A stretch of 63,952 bases of DNA, counting the filler, from Thraustochytrium aureum (taxonomy: Eukaryota), in the NCBI GenBank assembly GCA_012862495.1. It is 6 parts of 6 records of this genome, joined end to end, with 100 filler letters (N's around TTAATTAATTAA, not from the genome) between each part and the next. Parts side by side here need not be neighbours in the genome. Positions count along the whole stretch, not along the records: positions 23,077 to 42,840 come from BLSG01000069.1; positions 42,941 to 49,484 come from BLSG01000071.1; 4 more parts are not named here. One strand, 5' to 3'. Of this stretch, positions 32,745 to 45,673 are shown in pieces. Numbering within the stretch: the stretch's first letter is position 1; each line of letters begins with the position of its first letter. The translations under genes and the position numbers were made by a program. Below the pieces are notes generated by a model that worked only from the letters and a program-made list of their open reading frames with translations, was not told where the DNA came from and did not search any database.

Positions 32745-35700
32745 ATGGAGGTTGACGCCGCGAAAAAGCAGCACCGCGTCTCCAAGGTCGGCGGCAAAGC
32801 GAGCAAGAAGCAAGCCAATGCGGACCGGAAGGCGCAGCTGAATGGGATTGCGCCAAAGCATCAGGGGGGGAACAACTTTAAGGCCTTCACGGTCGCCCAT
32901 GCGGGCCGAAAGGCGAGGGACCAGCAGCGCGTGCTCGATAGGGCCCACAAGAAACATGTCGTCTCGCTTGTGGACAGGAGCTCGGAAGAGCCGCCGCCCG
33001 TCAACGTCGTCGTGCACGGGCCGCCGGGCAGCGGGAAGAGCACCTTGATTCGCTCGCTGGTGAAAAAGTGGACCAAGCACACCATCACCAAGATCCAGGG
33101 CCCGATTACCGTGGTGACCAGCAAGAACCGCCGCGTCACGCTGTTTGAGTGCCCGAACGAGATCAACGCGATGACCGACCTGGCCAAGGTGGCCGACCTG
33201 GTCCTGTTAGTAGTCGACGCGTCCGTCGGCTTCGAGATGGAGACGTTCGAGTTCCTCAACGTCCTCCAGCTCCACGGGTTTCCCAAAGTCATGGGGGTGC
33301 TCACGAACCTCGACAAGTTCGAGGACAAGCAAAAGAAGCTCAAAGCCCTCAAGAAAAAGCTCAAAGATCGCTTTTGGACCGAAATCTACGCCGGGGCCAA
33401 GCTGTTCTACCTCACCGGCGTCGTCAACAAAAAGTACCGCAAAAACGAGATCATCAACCTCAGCCGGTTCATCTCCATCATCAAGTTCCGCCCGCTCACT
33501 TGGCGCAACACGCACCCGTACCTTTTGGTGGACCGCTACGAGGACATCACCGACAGCAGGCAGCTGCAGGAGCACCCCAAGACCGACCGCAAGGTCGCGC
33601 TGTTTGGCTATGTGCGTGGCACTCAGTTCAAGGAGGGCATGCAGGTGCACGTCGCCGGGGTCGGTGACTTTGCTGTCGCCGGCCTTTCTGTACTCGACGA
33701 TCCCTGCCCGCTCCCCTCGAAGGAAAGCGAGCTCAAGCGCAACCGCGCACTCAACGCCAAGGAAACCCTCCTCTACGCGCCCTTTTCCAACATCGGCAAC
33801 GTGCGCTTCGATGGCGACGGCGTCTTCATCAACCTGCCCGACGTCAACTTTACGCGCAAAAAGGACCTCGTGCAGGACGACGACGACGACAGCGACGCCG
33901 GCAGCAAGAGCGCCAGCGAGGATAGCGAGGGCAGCGACAGCGATGCCGACATGGCCGAAGGCGTGCGCCTCGTTCGCGAGCTGCAAGCTGTCACAAAGGG
34001 CCTGGACGCCAACCTCCAAGAGTCGGGCTTGCAGCTCTTCAAGGGCTCAAAGCCGCTCAAAGCCAGCGACGTGCGCCTGGACGCGGAGCGAAAGCAAAGC
34101 GACAGCGACGCCGAAAGCGGAAGCGACAGCGCCGAAAATAGCGACGCTGACAGCGACATCGACGAGGACGGCGACGCAAAGCCCAATGGAGCGGCCAACG
34201 GGTCCGCTCGCTGGAAGGAGGACTTGGTCTCTCGCGCGACGGCCTCGTTCTTCGAGTGCCGCGATCGCGCTCCGGACTTGATGGACTCGTGTACGGCCGT
34301 TCCGGATCAGACCAGGGCGAGGCGTCCGCCACAAAGTCTCCCAAGCAGGCCAACGGCGGGAGGAAAAAACGTCTTGGGGCCGACGGCGCCGGCAACGACG
34401 AGGACGACGGCAACTCGTCCTCTGACGACGAAGACTTCTTCAAGCTGCGCGTGCCTACGGGCAAAGAGGACAAACGCGTTGAGCTGGACCCAGCCGTGGG
34501 GGGCGGCGGTTCGGGCGAGAATGGCCACACCAGTGCATTAGAGTTTAGCGTGGACGCCATCGACTGCTCCTTCTTCCTCGTCCGCGATGCCAAGCTCCAA
34601 AACTGGCGGGCCAAAGACGTGCGCGAGGCTCTGCGCAACCGCTTCGTGACCGGAAACTGGGGCAACGAGGAGGGTTCCGAAGCCAGCGAAAACGGCGCGG
34701 CCGCCGCCGGCGACGACGACAGCGACAGCGACGGTCAGGTGTTTGGTGATTTCGAGGACCTCGAAGCCGCCCCCGGGAAAGGCGACGGCGAGGACAGCGA
34801 AGACGGCGAGGACAGCGAAGACGGCGAGGACGACGACAGCGAGGACGGCGAGGGCAGCGAGGACGAGGACGACGATGGGGAGGAGGACAGCATGGACGAA
34901 GACAACGAGGGAGAGGACGCAAGACCACAAGTCGACTTTGAGGAGGAGCGACGGAGGAATGCGCTGGAGAAGGCCCGCAACAAGCTCGAGTTTGACAAGG
35001 ACTTTGACGAAGAAGAAGGCCTCAAGTTTCAGGACGGCAAAAAGAAGCCCAAAGGCAAGCAAGAAGGCGCCGAAGAAGCAGAAGAAGAAGACCTCGAGGC
35101 GTACGCCAAAGAGGTCAAGGCCAAAGCCGCGCAGCAGGAGGAACTCAACCGCACCGAGTTCGCCGACATGGACGAAGTGATGCGCACCAAGCTGGAGGGT
35201 GTTCGCGCCGGCCGTTACGTACGGCTAGAGCTCGTCAAGGTTCCGTGCGAGTTTGTGGAGACGTTCGACCCGCGCTTCCCGGTGATCGTGGGAGGGCTAA
35301 ACCCCCACGAAAGCGGGCTCTGCTACATGCGCGTCCGCATCAAGAAGCATCGCTGGTTCCCAAAGATCCTCAAAACCAACGACCCCCTCGTCATCTCGCT
35401 AGGCTGGCGCCGCTTCCAGACCATGCCGGTGTACGCGTTGGAGGACCCCCGCAACGAGCGCCAGCGCATGCTAAAGTACACGCCGGAACACATGCACTGC
35501 GACGCCGTCTTCTGGGGCCCTGCGACCGCGCCAAACACGGGCTTCCTGGCCTACCAGGACTTGCGCGAGCGCCAAAAGGGCTTTCGCATCTCGGCTACAG
35601 GCACGCTTCTCGAGCTCGACCAGTCGTGCAAGATCGTGAAAAAGCTCAAGCTTGTGGGCGAGCCGTTTCGCATCATGAAGAACACGGCCTTCATCAAGGG

Positions 35701-36581
35701 CATGTTCAACACCGAGCTCGAGGTAGCTCGCCACGAGGGCGGCGCGATTCGCACCGTGAGCGGCATCCGCGGCATGGTGAAAAAGGCGGTCGGCGCCTCC
35801 CACCCCGGCTCGTTTCGAGCCACCTTCGAGGACCGCATTCTCAAGAGCGACATCGTCTTCATGCGCGCGTGGGTCCCAGTCGAGCCTAAAAAGTTTTTCA
35901 ACCCCATTAGCTCACTGCTGCGGCCGCGAATCAGCGCGGCGGCGCACGGCGCGACGCCGCAACAGCGGAGGATCGACGCTCCCGTCGGCAACGACGAGGC
36001 TCTGATCGATGGAGATGAGGAGGAGGAGGAAGAGGGGTCTGAGGGAGAGGCCGAGGCAGTGGCCCAAGTCCCGATTGAGCCCATTTCTGACGACCTCATG
36101 AAAACTGTCGGACAGCTCCGGTTTGAGCGCAGCCTCCCGATTCCGCGCAACAAGGACTCGCTGTACAAGCCGATCAAGCGCAAGACGCGCAAGTTTAAGG
36201 TGCTGCAGATTCCCAAGTCGCTCGAGGCTGCTCTGCCGTTCAAGTCAAAGCCCAAGCTGCAGATCGGGCAGACCGAAAAGGCCAAGAAGAAGGCGCTGGC
36301 GAAAAGCGACACCAAAACGGGCTCCAAGAAGGCCGTGATCATGTCGCGCGAGGAGAAGGCGGCCGCGTCGCTTCTGCAGCGCCTGCAGACCATTCGTCGC
36401 GACAAGACCACCAAGCGCCTCGACAAGCGCGCCGAAAAGCGGGCCGAGGCGATGAAGAAAAAGGCTCGCCAAGAAGCCGTCTTTGCCCCGCAGAAGAAGG
36501 AAGAGCTCAAGCGCAAGTACCGCGAGAAAGGGACAGGCAGACAAGGCGCGGGCGGCCAAGCGCGGGCGCCGCGAGGGCTAG
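32745..36581 (+). CDS. BMS1: Ribosome biogenesis GTPase BMS1; frameshifts near 34286 and 36530
   Basis: [55 protein letters not shown] and [12 protein letters not shown]. The corrected C-terminus ends KRGRREG* at 36581. Confidence 0.95.
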
Positions 36582-36797
36582 AGGGGCCGGCGCCGTCGGT
36601 TTCTACGCTGGTTTGCCGGTTCCGGGGCGGCGTAAGCCGCCGCGCTGTTGATAACAAAAACCAACTGCTTGATTTATCGGCATCCATGTTTCTCGCCGCG
36701 CGCATGCGTGGTGGTGTTCGGTGCTTTGCACTTGGACGAGACGAAGTTTTGCTTTCGGCAAAGGAAGGAAGCCCTCCCCTCTGCCGGCTCCCCACGA

Positions 36798-37816
36798 TTA
36801 CCCGAACGGGTTGCGCCACATCCCGTCGTTGTCCTGGGGCGAGCCGTTTGTGGCGTCGTCGCTCTCCGCTCTGCTCTCCGCTGCAAGTTGGGCGGGGAAA
36901 AGGAGGGAGCGGCGCGGCTTCCTGGGCGCTGGGTCGGCGCCGAGTCCAACTTGCGACGCCTCCTCGGCCGCTGGGGGGGACCGCTTCGCCGCCGCCGCTT
37001 GGGACCGCCGCCACTCCATGACGGCCGCGGTGAAATCCTGCTGCGCTTTGGCCTCGTCGAACTTTCCGTCTGCAAGGTTTGCCGGCTCCTCGCCGGCGCA
37101 GCTGACCTCGTTCGACGAGATCGGCGCGAGTGCCGACCAGTGCTTGAGGCCCTGCGACTGTCGCTGGTTCCCCGAGGAGCCTTTTTTTCTCGTCACAAAG
37201 TAGCGCGATCTCCCGCAACAACGTCTTTCTGTGCGCCAGCGCGCGAACGCCCAGCTCGCTCAGGTCCCGCGGGTCCAGCTCGACGAGGCGCAGACCATCT
37301 ACTTCAGCGGCATCGAACGCTTGCCGGAATTGGCCCAGTCCGATGCGCTTTAGCCAGTTGAGCACGTCTGCGATGGTCCAGAGCTCTGGGCGCAGCGCAT
37401 CAAGCCGCGCTGGCTCACACCGCGGGCCCTTCCCGCTCTTACGCTCCCTGTACTGGCGCGCCAGCTCGTCGCGCGCCTCGCGCTGTGTGCGCCGGTTAGC
37501 ATCGAGCGGACCCAGCTCTGCCTCTTCCTCGGCCAAACTTACATGGCGAAGCGCGTCAAACGTCGTTGCCAATCCAGCCGCGCCCGTGCTGCGTCTCGAC
37601 CGTCGTCGCGAGTTGCCAGCGTCAGCAGGAGGCGGCCTGTCGAGCAACAAAACGTTGATGCCAACCATTGCGAGCGCCACCCGGCGTGTGCTTGTGCGCA
37701 GCCTTGAAAGAGACGACACGCACGGCGCCTTGCAAATTGACAGCTCGGTCGTTGGCGCCGCGAGCGCAATTGCGATGGAGCTGGGTCTGGGCGACCTCGA
37801 CCGTCAACGCCTCCAT
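36798..37816 (-). CDS. SAM-domain protein; frameshift near 37185; N-terminus uncertain
   Basis: [52 protein letters not shown]-terminus in ORF 36798..37196. Confidence 0.7.
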
Positions 37817-38094
37817 CGCCCTCTAATACTGCCCAGCCCCCTAAATTTGGCCACACTTTGATTTTGTGCGTGAGTTGACGCGACGTGTTGACTTGCCGTT
37901 CGCGGAGTTGGTTGGCGGCCGGCTGAGCTGTCCATCCGATCGATCGAGCAGGGCCTCGATGAGATGAATGCAAGGTCCAATACACAACGCGCTTTTCACT
38001 TTTACTGCCTTGCCTGGCTTGTACTGCGTTTCGTCGCGCCTGGCCTTTGCCAACATTGGCCAGTGCCACGGCGCAACACCTGCCACCGCCTGGC

Positions 38095-41000
38095 TCAAGC
38101 CCGACGCGTCGGAAGCTCCTGCACAATGCCCTTGCGCTTGGGCTTCTTGGGCTCCGCCAAGGCCATAAAGTAGTTGAAGACGGACTCGAGCGAAGACTGC
38201 GAGACGGCAAAGCGGTCGATGCAGAATTGGCGATGCACGCATTGAGGCACTCGAAGATGTCGCTGAGGTCGACGGCTCGCGGAAAGCGGAATATCGAATC
38301 GCGCTCGCAGGCCCTGGCGCTCAACGAGCTTGGTGCGCGTGGAAGCGCTCCTGCAGCATCGCGAGGAGGCCTGCGAAATGCTCGTCCATCTGCCCCTCGC
38401 TTTCGACGTCGACGGCAGCCTCGAGCAGGTAGCCAGAGGCGTACTTGTTCTTGACGTGCGGCACGGTGCCGAGGCAGCGCACGCCCCCGCCTACCATGAT
38501 GGCGATGCGGTTGCACACCGACTCGACCTCGTCAAGGGCGTGCGAGATGAGCACCACGCTAGTGCGCTTAGCCAGGCGCGCCACATAGCGCTGGATGGCG
38601 CGGCGCGCCTGCGGGTCGATGCCAGCGCTGACCTCGTCCAGGATGCAGAGGCGCGGGTTGCCCATCGTGGCGATGGCAAGGCTAAGCTTGCGTTTGTTGC
38701 CGCCAGACAGCGAGCCCGCGGCCTTGCTGGCGTATTGCTTGAGCGTGAGCTCGCGCATTGTGCGGTCCACGATCGCTGGGAGCGCGTGCTCGGGGATCCC
38801 CTTGATGCGCCCGTAGAAGAACAAGTGCTCCTTGACAGTCAGGGACGTCCAGAGGCAGTCCGACTGCGGGCAGTAGCCGAGGCTCCGCTGCGCCGCTGCT
38901 TGGTCGCGGCGCACGTCGTGGCCGTTGATGAAGACTTTGCCCTCCGTTGGGTTGAACTCGCCAGCGAGCATCGACACGGTGGTGGTTTTACCGGCCCCGT
39001 TGGCCCCGAGCAAGCCAAAGCACTCGTTCTCATACAGGCCAAGCGAGAGCGACTGCACGGCGACGTTGCCGTCGCTGTACACCTTGCGAGTGCGATAGAA
39101 TGCGGCGTTCATGCCGGACGTGCCCTCCGAGGAGGTCTCGCGGCACAGCTCTTCGGGGGAGAGGTCCTCGATCCGGCGCCGCTCCGCCTTGACGTCGTCG
39201 TCTTCCATCAGGATGCCACTCTCCTCGTCCGTGGCGAAGCTGAAGGTGGAAAACTTGTTGGAGCTGCAGAGGCCGCCGCGGAACTGCACCTGGAGAAACG
39301 CGAGCAAGAGCGTGTACCCGATTGCCTCTGCGGCCAGGAAGGCGATGTTGGTGCCTGCGATGTCGGCGCTCCACGCGGTGTACTCGACGGGGTTGCTGGG
39401 ATCGCCGCCGCGGTCCTTGGAATTCAGCACGAAGGACAGCAGGCCGATGTTGCCGATGTTGAGGAGCCCCTGCGCAAGCGCAAAGCTCGGGATGAGCCGA
39501 TACATGTAGACGAGGTCGGCGTTGGTGAGGTACCAGTTCGAGAGCAAGTTCATGATGAACGACACGAGCAAAAGCACGCAGCTTCCGAACAGGTTGACCA
39601 GCAGCGAGCCGAACTGGGCGAGCGAGGCGGTCGTAAACAGGTAGCTGAGGCAGTACGTGAATGGAATGACGGCGGCGCCGTAGAGGACGAGAAGCAGCAC
39701 GACGGCGCCAATGTTGTCCACGAAGGCGGTGAGGTCGAACGCGTAGATCAGCACCAAGGTGAGCAAGAGCGGGACCACGTACATGCTCGAGTCAAAGATA
39801 AAGTTGCTGAGCCAGTAAGCCCCTGGCCGCACCCCGTTGACGAGCTGCTGGTGCCAAGCCTTGGTCTCCTTCTCACGAACCACAAAGACAGCGTATCCGG
39901 CAGGCACAAACGAAAATGCAATGCCAATGGCGAGAGTGGTCAGAAAGCCGCTAAAGCCGTCTGAAATGAGCCGCTCCGCCTTGGTTTCGGGCAGCACATC
40001 GATAGCGGCGCTCAGTGCAAAGGCCAAGTCGCCGAGAATCTTGAGCAGTCCGTCGTTGATTCTGTTGATCATGAACGGCATCGCGTGAACTCCGGTAAAG
40101 TTGAAGCCCACGGTGTACTCGATGCGGGCCTTGCCTTGCTCCCTGGTATCATAGGTGTTGAAGTGGACCGCAGCGTAGCGCGAGCCAGCTGCCAAGGGGC
40201 GTGTCTCGTTGACGCCTTCGCTAAAGCGGGACAAAGTCGACGTGTAGTCATTCAACGTATCGTTGCAAACGCTACGCCAGGCCTCGACCGCAGTGAGCGC
40301 AGAGCCGAGGAAAGGCTCGGCCGGGGGGATCGCGAGTCCCAGCAACGTGAGCGACTGGTTGACCGTGACCTCAAAGAACTCGCGGTCCATGCAGTACGTG
40401 TCGTTGCCCTCGCCGCCCAGCCTGATCCGTTGCGGCTCGAGGCGCGAAATGGTCATGCGGTCCACGAGGAAGTCTGTATTCGGCGCGCTGAACGGAATCG
40501 GGTTGGTGGTCCCGGGCTCGGGGTTCCAGGTATCCGTGGCGGCGCTGAGCTCGATGACCGCGGGCGGCGTGGTGAACTCGAGGCCGAGGGCCACAAAGCC
40601 CAGAAACAAAAAGACGGCAGGGATGAGAATCTGGCAGCAGAACGCACGCACGTCGCGGCGCGCGATCAACACTCGCTTGCCGAGGAGCACGCGTACGTGG
40701 CCGCCGAGGGAGAGCGGCTCGGTGGCAAAAGTGTCGTCCCCAAAGACTTGGAGGCCGCGGTTCGAGTCTTTCGCGGCAAGGCCAACGGGGACTACCACGC
40801 TGCCGTCCTGCGCCTTGGACGGGTTCCGTGCGCTGCCGCCGTCCTCCTGATCGTCGTCGTCGCTGTCGCCTTCAAAGTCGTCCTCGGCCGGGTTGCCGGC
40901 GAAGTGGCCCACTTCGGCGTCGCTTTCGCTCGAGCCGCTCGCCTTGGAGCCCGCACTGGAAGCGCGGCCCGCGTTGTCTGCCACCTTGAGGAAGACGCTG

Positions 41001-42840
41001 TCGAGGTTTGTGACGGCGATACCGGGCGTACCGACGAGCTCGAGAGCGCTGTGCTCCCNNNNNNNNNNNNNNNNNNNNNNNNNNNNNNNNNNNNNNNNNN
41101 NNNNNNNNNNNNNNNNNNNNNNNNNNNNNNNNNNNNNNNNNNNNNNNNNNNNNNNNNNNNNNNNNNNNNNNNNNNNNNNNNNNNNNNNNNNNNNNNNNNN
41201 NNNNNNNNNNNNNNNNNNNNNNNNNNNNNNNNNNNNNNNNNNNNNNNNNNNNNNNNNNNNNNNNNNNNNNNNNNNNNNNNNNNNNNNNNNNNNNNNNNNN
41301 NNNNNNNNNNNNNNNNNNNNNNNNNNNNNNNNNNNNNNNNNNNNNNNNNNNNNNNNNNNNNNNNNNNNNNNNNNNNNNNNNNNNNNNNNNNNNNNNNNNN
41401 NNNNNNNNNNNNNNNNNNNNNNNNNNNNNNNNNNNNNNNNNNNNNNNNNNNNNNNNNNNNNNNNNNNNNNNNNNNNNNNNNNNNNNNNNNNNNNNNNNNN
41501 NNNNNNNNNNNNNNNNNNNNNNNNNNNNNNNNNNNNNNNNNNNNNNNNNNNNNNNNNNNNNNNNNNNNNNNNNNNNNNNNNNNNNNNNNNNNNNNNNNNN
41601 NNNNNNNNNNNNNNNNNNNNNNNNNNNNNNNNNNNNNNNNNNNNNNNNNNNNNNNNNNNNNNNNNNAGCCGCGGATCGACGGTAGCGCTTGTGCAGGTCG
41701 TTGAGCACGATGCAGCGGCCAGAGGAGCGCGCGACTCGCAGGCTCTCTGGCACGGGCTCGAATGGGCGCGTGTCTGCCATGACGGCCTCGTCGGTCTCTT
41801 GCTTCTCGACGAGGCTCTTGTACAGGCTGTCGGTCTTGAGCGCGGCCAAGTCGCGGGCAATGCGATTCGCGCGGCTGAAGGGCCGGCGCAGGCTGGTGAC
41901 GGGCCAGTGCCAGGACTCGCGCGCCGCGCCAGACGAGGTTGGCACGATCGCGTCGACGTACACCGCGAGCGCGAGGTAGAGAAAAAAGTCAAGCACGAGG
42001 ACCAGAAAGCAGGTCTGCACCGAGTAGTTGCCCTCCGAGAGGCTGTCGAGGTTGTCCCACGTGACGCCGACGCGGCCGCCTTCCTTGGCGGCAAACGCGC
42101 TGGTCCCGAAGCCGAACGCGGCTGTAGGGTGGAAGATCGACACGGCCAGCTTGGCCCCAAACGCGGTGTCCGCGGTGTCAAACGTTGTGAAAAGAAAGTA
42201 TCCCCCGAATGCGAACAGCGTGCCCACCATCGTGGCCAAGGTGGTTCGCTCGAAAAAGGCTGCCACCAGAAAGACGTGCGCGATGGAAGCGAAGAGGTAG
42301 AGGAGGTAGTACAGGAAGATGACGCTGGTCGCCGACTGCTCGAAAAGTCCGCCGGCAACGGTGATGAGCGTCAGCCAGGCCGCCTGCATGATGAAAAAAA
42401 GCATAAACAAGGTCAGCCAGGCCGACATGTACGCAGACGGTTCAAGCCCCATCATGAACATGAGCTCGCGGAATTTGTTCTCCTTCTCGAGCACGAGGTT
42501 GTTGATCATTATGGCGATCGGGTACAGCGTGGCAAGCATCATGAACAGCGCGAGCGAGCTGCCAGCCTGCAGCCAAAACTCGTCGACGTTGTACTCGTTT
42601 GTGGGCATCGCAAACTGGTTTGCATCGATCGTGACGTCCTTGCCGCTAGCGCGCCCCAACACGAACGCATCCACGGTCTGCTGCAGGCTGAGGAGGCCGC
42701 TCATGAGGTAGCGCTGGGAATGCGCGGTGCGCCCCGGCGAGAGGTCGCTCGTGGCGCCGCGGAAGGCGCCAGGGATGTTTTCGCCCTGGCTTGCGCTGGT
42801 CTTGTTGACGCGGATCACGTACGAGTGCTCGGAGCGGAAG
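38095..42840 (-). CDS. ABCA: ABCA-subfamily full transporter; 5' truncated, NBD1 in gap, frameshifts near the 3' end
   Basis: LVLEKENKFRELMFMMGL, VREKETKAWHQQLVNGV, GANGAGKTT, LSGGNKRKL and ILDE. The alternate frame gives FAVSQSSLESVF..RRA* ending at 38095. Confidence 0.9.
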
Positions 42841-42940
42841 NNNNNNNNNNNNNNNNNNNNNNNNNNNNNNNNNNNNNNNNNNNNTTAATTAATTAANNNN
42901 NNNNNNNNNNNNNNNNNNNNNNNNNNNNNNNNNNNNNNNN
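42841..42940. other. Artificial contig spacer N44-TTAATTAATTAA-N44
   Basis: Same linker as at 22977. Confidence 0.95.
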
Positions 42941-44237
42941 CGTCGGTTGGGGCAGCTCGAGCCAACACGCGGGCCTCCACGTCCCGCACGAGCTGGAACG
43001 CTGCAGCGCATGCGCGTGGCTCACTGGACTCTCCACACGCGCAACCAAAGTGCGCCAATCGAACTGCATCGGCCTGGTCCTCTGCGAGCAATCCGCACTC
43101 GAAAAAGACGCGCGCAGCTGTCCGCGCTTGCAAGTCGCGACTGGCCAGACGGGACATGGCCCCAGTCACGCTTGACGGGGATCGCCGCAACGCCAGCAAC
43201 AGGCGATCCATGTTGGCAAGGCGAATGCCCTCGTTTAGCGCGCGCAGCCAGAGGTCATAGTCTTCCGCCTCTGCGGACTCCCTGTAACCGTTCAGCTGGA
43301 GTAGCATGGAGCGCTCCATGAGGACTGTCGGGTGCACGATTGAGCAATAGAAATGCATAAACCAATCCGTCGCGGCACTGCCCGCGGTCGCGGCCTCAGG
43401 AGGGAACCATCTTGCTGCTGTCGTGGCTGCTTGCTGCAGCCTCGCTGAACGGATGCTGCACTACTGCCGCCTTCCCCGTCTCGCACGAGACGAGCGAGGC
43501 GCGCCCCCCAACGGCGCGAGCGCCGCACTTGCCCAGCCACTCGACTTGGGCGGCCAGGCGGCCTGGCGCGGAAACGTCGTCGGCGTCCATCCTGGCCAGG
43601 AGCGGGGCGCTGGCGACAACTAGCGCTGCGTTCAACGCACGCGCGACTCGGCTCGTTGGCGGCGCGGCCCCGCAACCGTAGTGCTCTGTCGAAGTTACGA
43701 CGACGAGTCGTACGCCACTGTTGTCTCCGAGGTCTGCACAAACACTCTCTACCACTTCCCTGCCGCCACCACAGCGCTCTGCCCCGTCGTTGTCGTCAAC
43801 CAGGACGAGCTCTAAGATGCCTTGCACTCCTCGTACAGGCGCTTGTTCCAGGACGGACCGCAAGGCGCTCGACAGCGTGCCGGCTGCTCTGCGAAACGGC
43901 AGCAAAACGCTTATCCCGGCGCACTCGACGAGAGCGTGGTGCGAGACATGGACGCGGTCAAAGGCCTGTGCGCGGAATGACGCAAGGTCAAACTGGTGCG
44001 TGCCGAGGTACGGGTCGAGGTCGAGGCCGGCCTCGTCGGCATTTGACGCTTGATCCACGTTGTACACGGGGTTTCGGAAGACTTCTTGGACGCGGTTGAC
44101 AGTCACGACGGCCATGACTGGAGGGCCCGTGAATAGCGCAGCTCGGGCGGGCGCGATAGTTCCAAGGTTTCGGCGCAGCGGCGAGGACGACGACCGAGCA
44201 AAAACCTCCAGGAAAACCTTGCTACCTTCCACCTCGA
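42941..44237 (-). CDS. Family 2 glycosyltransferase; both ends truncated; frameshift near 43400
   Basis: ISVLLPF, LVLVDD, ALNAAL..LLARMDADDVS..RLAAQV, IVHPTVLM and EDYDLWLR. Confidence 0.85.
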
Positions 44238-44937
44238 NNNNNNNNNNNNNNNNNNNNNNNNNNNNNNNNNNNNNNNNNNNNNNNNNNNNNNNNNNNNNNN
44301 NNNNNNNNNNNNNNNNNNNNNNNNNNNNNNNNNNNNNNNNNNNNNNNNNNNNNNNNNNNNNNNNNNNNNNNNNNNNNNNNNNNNNNNNNNNNNNNNNNNN
44401 NNNNNNNNNNNNNNNNNNNNNNNNNNNNNNNNNNNNNNNNNNNNNNNNNNNNNNNNNNNNNNNNNNNNNNNNNNNNNNNNNNNNNNNNNNNNNNNNNNNN
44501 NNNNNNNNNNNNNNNNNNNNNNNNNNNNNNNNNNNNNNNNNNNNNNNNNNNNNNNNNNNNNNNNNNNNNNNNNNNNNNNNNNNNNNNNNNNNNNNNNNNN
44601 NNNNNNNNNNNNNNNNNNNNNNNNNNNNNNNNNNNNNNNNNNNNNNNNNNNNNNNNNNNNNNNNNNNNNNNNNNNNNNNNNNNNNNNNNNNNNNNNNNNN
44701 NNNNNNNNNNNNNNNNNNNNNNNNNNNNNNNNNNNNNNNNNNNNNNNNNNNNNNNNNNNNNNNNNNNNNNNNNNNNNNNNNNNNNNNNNNNNNNNNNNNN
44801 NNNNNNNNNNNNNNNNNNNNNNNNNNNNNNNNNNNNNNNNNNNNNNNNNNNNNNNNNNNNNNNNNNNNNNNNNNNNNNNNNNNNNNNNNNNNNNNNNNNN
44901 NNNNNNNNNNNNNNNNNNNNNNNNNNNNNNNNNNNNN

Positions 44938-45604
44938 GCGGCGAGGTCGCGCTTGATATGCGCGGGCTGCTCAACCTGCCGCGCAATACTCTCTCGTTGC
45001 GGTCGTCCACTATATGCCCGGCGTGGGGCTGCCCCTGACAGAGGAGAGGATTCGAGAGCTGCGCGCGATGGGCTGCTCCGCCCTCATCGTGGGCTGCAGC
45101 GGCAACAACGTGGCCGACAAGCACCTTGGGGCCGGAGCGAACCACTTTTGGACAAAGCCCCTGCCAGATAATGCCGCCAGCGCGTCCCTGCTCGAGGCCT
45201 CCTTGCCAGTGCCTGGCTCTCAGCGCATACTCGTCGCGGACGACCAAGCCGCAAACAGGCTTTTGCTGCGCAGGGTATTGGGTTCGTTCTTTCGCGGCGT
45301 TGAGATCGTCGAAGCGTGCACCGGCGAGCAGGCGGTGCAAGAGTGTGCGCGGCCCGGGGCTAGCTTCGATCTTGTCTTCCTTGACCAGAACTTTGGCCTT
45401 GGCGGCAAGATCTCGAGCGAAGAGGCCGCTGCCGAAATTCGGAGCGAAGAGTCCAACGCCGTCCTCGTGGTTGTGGCGGCGGACCAGGACCCGCACTCGC
45501 CCGTCGTTGAATTGTGCTGGCCGAAGCCGTTACGACCAAGGACCCAGGGCCGCCTCGACCTAATGCACGTGCTGTGGAAGAGGGCGGCGGCCAGGTCGGT
45601 GTAG
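44938..45604 (+). CDS. Protein with two tandem response-regulator receiver domains; 5' end in gap
   Basis: REC1: GEVALDM..YSLVAVVHYMP..IVGCSGN..AGANHFWTKP. REC2: RILVADDQAANR..TGEQAV..FDLVFLDQNF..WPKP. Confidence 0.75.
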
Positions 45605-45673
45605 AAAATGTGCAAAAAATGCGCAAAATTTGTGTTTGTTTGTTTGGTTGATTGATTGATTGAAAGCGAGTAG

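Noticed and set aside
34785..34875. 18-bp tandem repeats as a separate element
   Set aside because: They encode the acidic low-complexity region of BMS1 (GEDSED).
30440..36581. RRP1 and BMS1 as pseudogenes
   Set aside because: Essential genes with conserved motifs on both sides of each single-base indel and no other decay.
35551..37021. Long sense-antisense overlap between BMS1 and the SAM ORF
   Set aside because: Disappears after correcting frameshifts: BMS1 stops at 36581 and the SAM gene at 36798.
38330..41704. Long plus-strand ORFs opposite ABCA, and similar shadow ORFs elsewhere
   Set aside because: Expected antisense ORFs in high-GC3 coding DNA or read-through of N runs; no recognisable motifs.
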